From: an uncultured Clostridia bacterium
Lineage (GTDB): Bacteria; Bacillota; Clostridia; UBA1381
Length of the DNA stretch: 47,561 nucleotides
Reading direction: 5' to 3'
NCBI GenBank assembly: GCA_934481375.1
Contig: CAKSPN010000001.1
Coordinates: forward strand, 1 to 47,561
Positions 35,534 through 43,881 of the stretch are shown piece by piece (position 1 is the first letter of the stretch; every line of letters begins with the position of its first letter). The position numbers and the translations under genes were made by a program. The notes beneath the pieces are model-generated. The model saw only the letters and a program-made list of their open reading frames with translations. It was not told the DNA's origin and searched no databases.

Positions 35534-37347
35534 TGCCTAAAATGGGACCTCCGAAAAATGCAAAAAGAGGCAAGCCGAAAAATATGAAAGCGGCTATAAA
35601 GCGCCTTTTCGCTTATCTCAACGAGGATAAGCTTAAAATAGGCATTGCGTTTTTGTGCGTGCTTATAAGCTCGGCGGCAAACCTTGCCGGAACGTATATG
35701 TTAAGACCTATTCTGAATAATCTCGTGGCGGACGTGAGCGCTGCCGAGAGAGTCGGCGCACTTGCACTCGGACTGGGGAAAATGGCGTTTATATACGCCT
35801 GCGGCGTGGCGGCGACGTATTTACAGTCACGCCTTATGATAGCCGTATCGCAAAAAGCGATTAAAAAAGTCAGAGCAGACCTGTTCTGCAAACTGCAAAA
35901 GCTTCCCGTGCGATATTTTGACACAAACGCAACGGGCGACATAATGAGCCGATTTACAAACGATGTCGATACCATAGGCGAAATGCTCAATTCCACGCTT
36001 ATGCAGATATTCTCGGGACTTATAAGCCTTGTCGGCACGCTTGTGCTGATGTTCTACACAAACTTTATACTTTCGTGCGTAACAATCGTTATTGCTCCGC
36101 TTATGGCGCTTGCAGGCGGTGCGATTGCCTCACGTTCGAGAAAATATTTCTCGAAACAGCAGGCGGCGCTCGGTGCGGTGAACGGATATATCGAAGAAAC
36201 CGTAACGGGTCAGAAAGTAGTAAAGGTATTTAACCACGAGGAAAAAATAGTCGAGGAATTTTCCGACCTTAACGATAATTTAAGAAATGCGCAGATAAAG
36301 GCGCAGTTCCTGGGCGGAGTTATGGGACCCGTAATGAACGCAATGAGCCAGGTCAACTACACGCTCACCGCAACGGTCGGCTCGATAATTGCATTCATCA
36401 CAAGAGCGGGAAAATCCATTCCGCTCGCATCGCTCGATATAGGCGGACTGGGAGTGTTCGTAAACTTTTCACGCCAGTTCTCACGCCCGATAAATGAGCT
36501 TGCAAATCAGCTTACAACCGTTATGTCCGCACTCGCCGGAGCGGAGCGTGTGTTTGACGTAATGGATAAAGAACCCGAAAAGGAAACGGGCAAAAACCTT
36601 GTTCCCGAAAAGATTAAAGGCGACGTCATAATAGACGATATAACGTTCAGCTACAACCCCGGCAAAGTCATATTAAAGGACGTTTCGATATATGCGCACC
36701 CGGGACAGAAAATTGCGCTTGTAGGCTCAACAGGTGCCGGAAAAACCACGATAACAAATCTTATCACACGTTTTTATAATCTTGACAAAGGTAAAATTAC
36801 GGTAGACGGTATCGATATAAACGATATTAACCGAGAGTTTCTGCGCAAAAATATAGCCGTTGTATTGCAGGATACGCACCTGTTCACGGGTACGGTAATG
36901 GAAAATATCCGCTACGGCAGACCCGACGCAACCGATGAGGAAGTAATGGCGGCGGCGAAAACCTCAAACGCACATTCATTCATAAAGCACTTGCCAAAAG
37001 GCTATGACACTGTATTGAGCGGCGACGGCTCAAACCTTTCGCAGGGACAGCGCCAGCTTTTGAATATCGCCCGTGCGGCGCTGTCAAAAGCGCCCATACT
37101 GATACTTGACGAGGCAACAAGTTCGGTCGATACCAGAACGGAACGGCACATAAACGAGGGTATGGACGCGCTTATGGAGGACAGAACGACTTTCGTAATA
37201 GCGCACAGACTCTCAACCATACGAAATGCGGACGCAATTATGGTGCTTGAACACGGCGAAATAATAGAGCGCGGCGCACACGAGGAACTGCTTGAGAAAA
37301 AGGGCAGATATTACGAGCTTTACACGGGACTTAAGGAATTAGACTGA
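35533..37347 (+). CDS. ABC exporter half-transporter (TMD-NBD), heterodimer subunit 2
   Basis: TAATG overlap with subunit 1. Walker A GSTGAGKTT, signature LSQGQRQL, Walker B ILILDEATS. Confidence 0.9.
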   Translation: MPKMGPPKNAKRGKPKNMKAAIKRLFAYLNEDKLKIGIAFLCVLISSAANLAGTYMLRPILNNLVADVSAAERVGALALGLGKMAFIYACGVAATYLQSRLMIAVSQKAIKKVRADLFCKLQKLPVRYFDTNATGDIMSRFTNDVDTIGEMLNSTLMQIFSGLISLVGTLVLMFYTNFILSCVTIVIAPLMALAGGAIASRSRKYFSKQQAALGAVNGYIEETVTGQKVVKVFNHEEKIVEEFSDLNDNLRNAQIKAQFLGGVMGPVMNAMSQVNYTLTATVGSIIAFITRAGKSIPLASLDIGGLGVFVNFSRQFSRPINELANQLTTVMSALAGAERVFDVMDKEPEKETGKNLVPEKIKGDVIIDDITFSYNPGKVILKDVSIYAHPGQKIALVGSTGAGKTTITNLITRFYNLDKGKITVDGIDINDINREFLRKNIAVVLQDTHLFTGTVMENIRYGRPDATDEEVMAAAKTSNAHSFIKHLPKGYDTVLSGDGSNLSQGQRQLLNIARAALSKAPILILDEATSSVDTRTERHINEGMDALMEDRTTFVIAHRLSTIRNADAIMVLEHGEIIERGAHEELLEKKGRYYELYTGLKELD

Positions 37348-37368
37348 CAGGAAAGGAAAAGATGGAAT

Positions 37369-39513
37369 ATGAAAACATACCAGCTTATATATACTTCGGT
37401 ACAGCACAGCCTGTCCGACAGTTCGCTCGGTTTGTCAAATCAGTCGGGGCTTAGGGTCTACTCCTGTTCCCAGGGCGTGACGGAGGAAAACATACGGGAA
37501 ATAATAAAGTTTTCAAGCTACCGTCTGCCCAAGAACAACGAGATAACGTTTTCGGAAATAATCGGCGACCCGAAAATCCCCGATATGTTCCCGAAAGCGT
37601 TTCGGACACTGAGATTGTCCGACGGACGGTTTGCGGCAATACAAACGGTGTTTTCGGGAGTGGATTTTCAGGGCGAGCCGGATAATTTCTTTGCTCATGC
37701 ACTGATTTTTGACGATATTGACGACGGATTTTTCCCCGAACAATATATAAACAACAGCGTATTCAAAAAGTATCTGACCGCACAGGAGGCGGAATGTGAG
37801 CTTGTACATTATCTGCCGCCGCTTGACGTAACGCCCGATGAGGAAACCAAAAAGCATATTGAGGAGTTTATCTCCTCACACAAAAAAGAGCTTTCGTACC
37901 TTATCGAAAAGGCGCTTTCGGTGCTTGTTTCGGATAAAACCGAGAGCATATGCATAGCAAGTGCGGACGCCGATAAAACCGCCGATTACCTTATATCGCT
38001 CAAATGGCTTTTGCCCCGTGATATATCGGTAAATGTGGGAATTTCAACATATAATGTGTATCTCCCGTCGGGAAAACAGCCGCAGATAGTGTTCTACGGC
38101 ACAATCAAGGGAAAGAACAATATAACAAAACAGGCGGTCGAAACACGTGAGAACTGTATCTATACAGATATGGACAAAAAGGATTTTTCACAAACGGAGA
38201 TTTCTCCCGTGTTTGAATTTACCGTTGAGGATTTGCGCAAAGAGTATACGGAGTACAAATTCAGCTCCGTAACGCAGTTTACGGACTGGCTCGAAACTCT
38301 CAAAAACGTTTCCGCTCCGGGAATGGGAGCAAAGTTGTTGCGGCTTAAGGCATCGGCAGGCGATAAAGCGTTTGCAAAGCGTGTTTCGGAACTGTACGCT
38401 CATATAAATGATGAAAATATGAAGCTTGTCAGATTTGAAATATTAAAGGCGGCGTTCGACAGCATTTCATTGTTCCCCGATATTGAGGACGAGGTTTCGG
38501 AGGAATATGTCGGACAATGCGTTGATAAGCTGTGCGGAGGCGGAAATTATGATGTCTACGACCTCTTTGCAAACGGCGGCGGCAACATAGGCGGTGCGCA
38601 CAGACTTAAGGCGCACATCGGAGAATACATTGAAAAAATAAAACCCCGGCTTGAGGAGATGGGCGAAAAGAACAAGCGCATACTGCTTAATCTTTTTGCG
38701 GACATAAAGCACCGCACCGAAACGGAAACCTGGAAAGAGCTGTTCGGAGCGGACAGAGAAAAGCTCGGCGTGTTTGTTGAGCTTGCGTCGGTCATTATAA
38801 CAGGCTACGGCTTGGGAGCGTTCACCGCACCGTCCGAATGGACAGCGGAGGACATTGCCGAAACGGCGGCATACTTTGAGGCGTCCGCCGAGGACGAAAA
38901 AATAAAAGACAGCTGTATAAAATATATCTGCGAGCATGAGGACATAAACTGGGAAAAATACGGCATCACGATTACAGAGCGTGTGAAAACCAAAGACGAG
39001 CAGGAAACCGACATACGAAAAATACGGCGTATGCTCGCAAAGGTGGGATACATTCCGTACAAGCGCAATACCTACGATGCATTAAAAAGCGATGTACGGC
39101 GTGATATGAACCAAAACAGGTCGCCGCTCATGCTTTCCAAATTGCTTGACGCATACTATAGCTGGAAAACGGACGGAGAAAATCAGGCACAGGCGCAGAA
39201 AGATGCGCAAAAGATTGCAAAACTGCTTTTGGAAATGCGGCGCAGGGAAAAAACGTGCTATGATTTTATAATCCCCAAGCTGGCGCTTGAAATAGTTGAA
39301 ACGGACAGTCATTATCACGAGTTGATAATAAACGCCGAAACAATGCCCGAAAGCTTTTGGAACTGGTTTATAATCGGGTATAAGCGAAACGAGGGCAACG
39401 ACATTACAGCGCTTAATTACATTCGCATATATGAGGCAAGCAAAAGAAGATTTCTGCGTATGACGGCAGGAAAACCCTTAAGAGAAACGTTTTCAAAAAC
39501 AGAAGGAGTATAA
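37369..39513 (+). CDS. Large soluble protein of unknown function (714 aa) with a GAP1-N-like N-terminal motif set
   Basis: Long ORF with no competing frame, starting 21 nt after the ABC gene. N-terminus YQLIYTS...GLRVYSCSQGV...DNFFAHALIFDD. No TM segment and no P-loop seen. Confidence 0.75.
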   Translation: MKTYQLIYTSVQHSLSDSSLGLSNQSGLRVYSCSQGVTEENIREIIKFSSYRLPKNNEITFSEIIGDPKIPDMFPKAFRTLRLSDGRFAAIQTVFSGVDFQGEPDNFFAHALIFDDIDDGFFPEQYINNSVFKKYLTAQEAECELVHYLPPLDVTPDEETKKHIEEFISSHKKELSYLIEKALSVLVSDKTESICIASADADKTADYLISLKWLLPRDISVNVGISTYNVYLPSGKQPQIVFYGTIKGKNNITKQAVETRENCIYTDMDKKDFSQTEISPVFEFTVEDLRKEYTEYKFSSVTQFTDWLETLKNVSAPGMGAKLLRLKASAGDKAFAKRVSELYAHINDENMKLVRFEILKAAFDSISLFPDIEDEVSEEYVGQCVDKLCGGGNYDVYDLFANGGGNIGGAHRLKAHIGEYIEKIKPRLEEMGEKNKRILLNLFADIKHRTETETWKELFGADREKLGVFVELASVIITGYGLGAFTAPSEWTAEDIAETAAYFEASAEDEKIKDSCIKYICEHEDINWEKYGITITERVKTKDEQETDIRKIRRMLAKVGYIPYKRNTYDALKSDVRRDMNQNRSPLMLSKLLDAYYSWKTDGENQAQAQKDAQKIAKLLLEMRRREKTCYDFIIPKLALEIVETDSHYHELIINAETMPESFWNWFIIGYKRNEGNDITALNYIRIYEASKRRFLRMTAGKPLRETFSKTEGV

Positions 39514-39515
39514 AG

Positions 39516-40319
39516 ATGAACAGATTGTATAAAAAGATTTTTGCTTTCATTGTAACAACGATGGTAGTCGTTTCGGGAACAGCCGTACTTGCGGCATCGC
39601 CCGAGCCTACCACACGCCCCCGTCCCGAAAGTACGCAGACGGTACAGGCGGAAAATTCAGGCTCCGAGAGCGGCACGGGCGGAGCCGACAGCTCCAACGT
39701 TTCGATAACGGTAGAAACACCGTCACCGCAGAACGCCGCCTCAAACAAGCATTACACCACCAGAGGCGGTGCGTTCGGCTGGTTTTTGCTGTCGGTGCTG
39801 GTAAATGCGGTTTTAAGCTTTGCAATCGGAAACAGATTTTATAAGATGTCGAAGAAAAACAATCACGTAAACGCAGAAGTGCGTGCATTAAGACGTGACA
39901 TAGAGGAAAAGTTTAATGCAAACGTGGGCGGATTTTCGGAGCATGACGTTGAGGTTTCAAACTCAAACGAAAGCTATGCGCTTAACGAGGGCGGCATAAA
40001 GGCGAATGTTAAAAAATCTGAGGAGGAGCTTTCCGCCGAGGAAACGTTCAGACAGTGGGAAACAAACCTTGCAAAGCAGGAGGCTGAAAGACGTGAAGCG
40101 CTCCGTGAGGCGTTAAAGCCGAGAACGACAAGAGAGTTCGTTGAAAAAGAGGACTCGGCGGTAAGCGCAGGCAGACGTGAAAAATCGTACAAGCCCGAGC
40201 GTGAGCATACCGCAGAGGAAAGCATAGAGGAGGAGCAAGAGGAAGAAAGCACCTTCGGCGCAATAAAGAATAAGGCAAAGGAAATAATAACGGATATATT
40301 CCCGTTTCGGGAGGATTAA
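39516..40319 (+). CDS. Bitopic membrane protein: signal peptide, Pro/Ser/Thr linker, one TM helix, long charged tail
   Basis: GAAGGAG RBS lies inside the 3' end of the upstream gene, and the ATG is 2 nt after its stop. MNRLYKKIFAFIVTTMVVVSGTAVLAA, then the TM helix FGWFLLSVLVNAVLSFAIG, then about 165 aa of Glu/Lys/Arg-rich tail. Confidence 0.75.
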   Translation: MNRLYKKIFAFIVTTMVVVSGTAVLAASPEPTTRPRPESTQTVQAENSGSESGTGGADSSNVSITVETPSPQNAASNKHYTTRGGAFGWFLLSVLVNAVLSFAIGNRFYKMSKKNNHVNAEVRALRRDIEEKFNANVGGFSEHDVEVSNSNESYALNEGGIKANVKKSEEELSAEETFRQWETNLAKQEAERREALREALKPRTTREFVEKEDSAVSAGRREKSYKPEREHTAEESIEEEQEEESTFGAIKNKAKEIITDIFPFRED

Positions 40320-40326
40320 ACCAAAA

Positions 40327-40360
40327 CAACGGCTAAGTTTTAACTTAGCCGTTGTTTTTT
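40327..40360 (+). terminator. Rho-independent terminator
   Basis: CAACGGCTAAGT-ttta-ACTTAGCCGTTG (perfect 12-bp stem) followed by TTTTTT. Confidence 0.88.
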
Positions 40361-40383
40361 GTTCAAATATATCCGCAAAATCC

Positions 40384-40586
40384 GGTAGGAGACGATGCCT
40401 TTCATCGTCCCGAGCGGAAATTGCATTTTTGCGGGTTGGACATCAACCCCCACAGATACGTTTTCAATAACTGCAAGCCACATCGCCAAAAAACAACGCT
40501 CACGCCGTAGGGCAGGGGCTTGCTCCTGCCGAGAATGCACACCGCACAGGACAGCGTTTCGGGTTGATGAGGGCATCAACCCTTAC
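40384..40586. repeat. Family-1 repeat cluster (A variant ... B + A)
   Basis: GTAGGAGACGATGCCTTTCATCGTCCC (40384-40410), CCGTAGGGCAGGGGCTTGCTCCTGCCGAGAATGCACACCGCACAGG (40505-40550), GGGTTGATGAGGGCATCAACCCTTAC (40561-40586). Confidence 0.8.
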
Positions 40587-40638
40587 GGATTATGTAAACC
40601 GTGCAATTTTTCCGTATGCCTGCAATATACGATTACTT

Positions 40639-41913
40639 TCAAAACAGGATTTCCTGTATTTTTTTCACATCAACGTCACGCACTTCAACGTTATCCTTAA
40701 CCGCAACGGCTGCCGCAGCACCTGCACCGCAGCCTATCGCAAGGCATATCGGCATTGCACGGAAATTGGAGTGTGCCATATGCGTGCCGGAAATATTTCT
40801 GCCCGAAAGGAGCAGTCCGTCGATTCTTTCGGGTACAAGACAGCCGTAAGGAATTGTATACCCGTTCTTTTGCGTAAACTTGTGCTGAACGCCCGTCTTA
40901 TCAAGTCCCGAACCGCTGATATTATGAACGTCAAAATTAAAATATGCGTCCTCAACAACACGATCATCAAATATGCGTGCCTCGGAAATATCCTCCTCGG
41001 TTATCGTCTTTACGCCCTTGAAATGGCGTGTTTCACGTATGCCGATTAGCGACGCCGAGCTTATAGCAAAACAATTTTCATACCCGGGTGCAAACTCACG
41101 CAAGAATTTCACTATCGGCTCAATCTGCGCTCTGCACTGCAATTCGGCTTTTGTTAGCGCTTCTGCGTCCGTTCCGTCAATATCGATGCAGTTTGTCATA
41201 TTGCAGGTGATTATTCCGGGGAGCGTTGTCGGATATAAAAGAACATGACCTGTCGGCGCTTTAAGATGCTCCCGTGCCAGCGCTTGCAATTCGCCCTTTT
41301 CCGTTTGGTATGTGTCCTCAAAACTCCACAGCGTTACCGCATTTTCCGTATCAACTCCGCCCACCTTAAACATAAGCGTTGCCGGCTGCATTTTTCCGTC
41401 CGTTTCTCTGCCCTTAAAATATTCTGCGCCCGCTTTTGCGGCAATATCTCCGTCACCGCTTGCGTCTATTACAACCTTTGCTTTTATAAGTCCCGTTCCC
41501 GACTTGTTCTCAACTATTACGCCGCACACCTTGTTGTTCTCGGTAACAACTCCGCTTGCGAAAGTATATAATAAAATCCGCACGTTTGCCTCGGTGAGCA
41601 TTTCGGCATACAGTGCTTTCAGATTTTCCGGGTCGATTAAGTCGGTAATTTCATCGGAAAAAATATTTTTTTCGGCACTTTTTTGCAGGATTTCACTGTA
41701 AAGCTTGCTTTTTACGCTACCCGTCCAGTGGCTCATAAGTCCCGAGGTTGAAATTCCGCCCAATGCTCCGCACTGCTCGATTATCATAACGCTTACGTTA
41801 TTTCTTGCCGCCGCAACAGCCGCACCTATTCCGCCCGGACCTGCTCCCACAACGAGTACGTCCGTTTCGGCGATTACGGGGATTTTTTCTTCTTTGCGTG
41901 TATAGTATTCCAT
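40639..41913 (-). CDS. FAD-dependent oxidoreductase (GlcNAc/glycan-locus-type FAD_oxidored family)
   Basis: Dinucleotide fold DVLVVGAGPGGIGAAVAAAR. A second Gly-rich segment lies near the C-terminus. 424 aa. Confidence 0.8.
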   Translation of the reverse strand: MEYYTRKEEKIPVIAETDVLVVGAGPGGIGAAVAAARNNVSVMIIEQCGALGGISTSGLMSHWTGSVKSKLYSEILQKSAEKNIFSDEITDLIDPENLKALYAEMLTEANVRILLYTFASGVVTENNKVCGVIVENKSGTGLIKAKVVIDASGDGDIAAKAGAEYFKGRETDGKMQPATLMFKVGGVDTENAVTLWSFEDTYQTEKGELQALAREHLKAPTGHVLLYPTTLPGIITCNMTNCIDIDGTDAEALTKAELQCRAQIEPIVKFLREFAPGYENCFAISSASLIGIRETRHFKGVKTITEEDISEARIFDDRVVEDAYFNFDVHNISGSGLDKTGVQHKFTQKNGYTIPYGCLVPERIDGLLLSGRNISGTHMAHSNFRAMPICLAIGCGAGAAAAVAVKDNVEVRDVDVKKIQEILF

Positions 41914-41935
41914 AATTATATTCCTTTCAAAATCA

Positions 41936-41964
41936 TTGACTTTAAGATAATTATATAATATAAT
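41936..41964 (+). promoter_or_regulatory. Sigma-A-type promoter candidate for the PocR-AraC gene
   Basis: TTGACT (41936-41941), 17-nt spacer, TATAAT (41959-41964). Confidence 0.55.
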
Positions 41965-41982
41965 GAAAAAAATGCCTTAAAT

Positions 41983-42015
41983 AATCTGCACAAAAACTTA
42001 AAAATCCTGCACAAA
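41983..42015 (+). promoter_or_regulatory. Direct repeat AATCTGCACAAA / AATCCTGCACAAA (possible AraC-type binding sites)
   Basis: Two copies at 41983-41994 and 42003-42015. Starts are about 20 bp apart, between the promoter and ATG 42033. Confidence 0.35.
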
Positions 42016-42032
42016 TCGGAGCGTGAACGGCA

Positions 42033-42908
42033 ATGACGGAAAAAATAAAGAAATATCTTGATTTTTTAAACAACGAATATAAATTATCGGTTACAATCCA
42101 CGAAGCTGACGGCGCACTCGGCGGAATGGGAAGTCTTGCGCCGTACAATGTACACGGAAATCCGTACTGCCTTTACATAAAATCCTGCTGTGAAAACTGG
42201 AATAATTGCATACAACGTCAAAAGAAAGTGTTTGAAAAGTGTGCGGACGGCGCTTTTTTCGGGTCTTGCTGTTACGGAGTCGGGGAATTTGTCATTCCTG
42301 TGGAGCATAACGGGCGTATTTTGGGATTTGTGAGCGTGAGCGGTTATAAGGGCGATGAGAAGAAGCGTGATCACTCGGCGGAAAAATACGGACTGTCAAA
42401 AGAGGAAACAAGAAGAATTTACGAAAAAAGCCTGTCGGACGATATTCCCGATGCAGATTTTATAAAAACGCTTATAAATCCGCTGTGCGCAATGCTTATT
42501 CTGCGGACTATGGAAAAGCACGCCGAACCCGATAACGGCGGTGATTACATTTACGGGCATATCGTTTCGATACTGAACACCGAGTACAACAAAAAACTGA
42601 CAATCGGGGACATTGCCGCCAACTGCCATTGCAGCGAGTCGCACATAAGCCATTTGTTTAAGCTAAAATCGGGAATGACGATAAACCAATACCTTACGGA
42701 TATAAGGATAAAAAAAGCAAAAGCATTGCTTGCCGATACGGATATGAGTATATTCGATACGGCGTATTCGTGCGGTTTTTCGGACGCAAATTATTTTATT
42801 TCCGTGTTCAGAAAGAAGGTCGGTCTGCCGCCCGAAAGATACAGAAAAAGAGCGGTACGCAGCCGAAAACAAATACCGGTAGAGGTCGATGCCCCGTGCA
42901 GTGTGTGA
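42033..42908 (+). CDS. AraC family regulator with PocR-like N-terminal sensor domain
   Basis: Cys-rich N-terminal domain (NPYCLYIKSCCENWNNC...GSCCYGVGEFVIPVEHNGRILGFVSVSGY) resembles PocR. C-terminal double HTH. The last ~10 codons run into a family-1 repeat. Confidence 0.8.
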   Translation: MTEKIKKYLDFLNNEYKLSVTIHEADGALGGMGSLAPYNVHGNPYCLYIKSCCENWNNCIQRQKKVFEKCADGAFFGSCCYGVGEFVIPVEHNGRILGFVSVSGYKGDEKKRDHSAEKYGLSKEETRRIYEKSLSDDIPDADFIKTLINPLCAMLILRTMEKHAEPDNGGDYIYGHIVSILNTEYNKKLTIGDIAANCHCSESHISHLFKLKSGMTINQYLTDIRIKKAKALLADTDMSIFDTAYSCGFSDANYFISVFRKKVGLPPERYRKRAVRSRKQIPVEVDAPCSV

Positions 42909-43044
42909 TTTACGTAATTAGTAGGGTCTATGCCCACATCGACCCAAAATGAAATCCTGTGCGGTGTGCATTTTCGGCAGGAGCAAGCCCCTGCCCTACG
43001 GCATACGGTTTACATAATCTGTAGGGTCTATGCCCACATCGACC
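42878..43044. repeat. Family-1 repeat cluster (degenerate A, A, B, A)
   Basis: GGTAGAGGTCGATGCCCC (42878-42895, inside the CDS), GTAGGGTCTATGCCCACATCGACCC (42921-42945), CGGCAGGAGCAAGCCCCTGCCCTACGG (42975-43001), and a second A copy (43021-43044). The 37-nt blocks at 42908 and 43008 are direct repeats exactly 100 bp apart. Confidence 0.85.
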
Positions 43045-43056
43045 TGAAATACCCCT

Positions 43057-43881
43057 CTACGGCGTGCGCTTTTTCCGCAGACTGCTCGGCGTTACGCCCG
43101 TGTACTTTTTAAATATACGGCTGAAATAATTCACATCGTCAAATCCGACCATTGCCGATATATCCGTAATGCCTTCGGCGGTATTCTCTATGAGCAATCG
43201 TGCCTTTTGTATGCGCAGGCGGTTTATATACTCTGTAAACGAAATTCCCATCTCGTTTTTGAACATATGGCAGAAATAATACTCGCTCAAAAAACAACGC
43301 TTTGCAAAAAACGACGCCGAAAGCTTTTCATCATAGTGATCCTCCGCATACTGCATAATGTCGTTGAGCCGTTTTAACCGTGTCATACGTATTTCATATT
43401 CACGGTCGGAAATTTCGGCATTTCGGTAATTTCTGAAAAGGTGCGCCGCAAGATTGTACACATCTCCCTTTATCTTTAAATCCGAGCCGGGGAGTGCGTT
43501 TTTGTGTTCGTTAAAAACCTCGTTAAAATATTCCTTTATTTTCGGATCGGAGCATATTCTGTGTTCATAAACCGTGTTCGGATACTCCATATCACTGAAA
43601 AACGAGGGGTGCAGTATAATGCACCAGTATTCCGTTTTGTCATCTATTGAAATCGAGTGAATTTCGTTGGGGTTTATCACTATAAGCGTGTCGGAGAAAA
43701 CCTCAAAATCCTCCGTGCCGCAGTGTACCACGGTTTTGCCGTCCGTATCGGTAAAATACAAAAGCTCGGTGTTTTCGTGCCAGTGCGGAAGAATAGCTTC
43801 AAACGGTCTTTGATACAATAGCCGTATGGGATAATTATTCTTTTCCGCAGGTATCTTTTCATAAAATCCCGATTTTATCAT
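43057..43881 (-). CDS. AraC/XylS family transcriptional regulator (cupin + HTH)
   Basis: N-terminal cupin region (LPHWHENTELLYF) and C-terminal HTH pair (FAKRCFLSEYYFCHMFKNEMGISF ... VGFDDVNYFSRIFKKYTGVTP). Confidence 0.85.
   Translation of the reverse strand: MIKSGFYEKIPAEKNNYPIRLLYQRPFEAILPHWHENTELLYFTDTDGKTVVHCGTEDFEVFSDTLIVINPNEIHSISIDDKTEYWCIILHPSFFSDMEYPNTVYEHRICSDPKIKEYFNEVFNEHKNALPGSDLKIKGDVYNLAAHLFRNYRNAEISDREYEIRMTRLKRLNDIMQYAEDHYDEKLSASFFAKRCFLSEYYFCHMFKNEMGISFTEYINRLRIQKARLLIENTAEGITDISAMVGFDDVNYFSRIFKKYTGVTPSSLRKKRTP

Noticed and set aside
37369-37450. BLUF photoreceptor-like start (YQLIYTS resembles YRLIYSS)
   Set aside because: The resemblance is confined to the first strand. 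The downstream BLUF hallmarks (ITG.L, Q.LEG and the conserved Gln/Met context) are absent.
40340-40700. Short ORFs translating the family-1 repeats (e.g. 40340-40579, 42930-43112, 46856-47044, 19421-19636, 6337-6543, 58-375)
   Set aside because: Their shared peptide strings (…STRNA.LCGVH.RQEQAPALR…, …GRGRC.HRPE…) are simply the repeat DNA read in one frame. They have no RBS, mixed orientations and indels that break the frame between copies.
42908-43044. Possible CRISPR array, because of short direct repeats with a fixed 100-bp (and at 46876, 65-bp) period
   Set aside because: Only two copies occur per locus. The intervening sequence is itself a conserved repeat module rather than a unique spacer. 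There are no cas genes, and the repeats are palindromic REP-like units.
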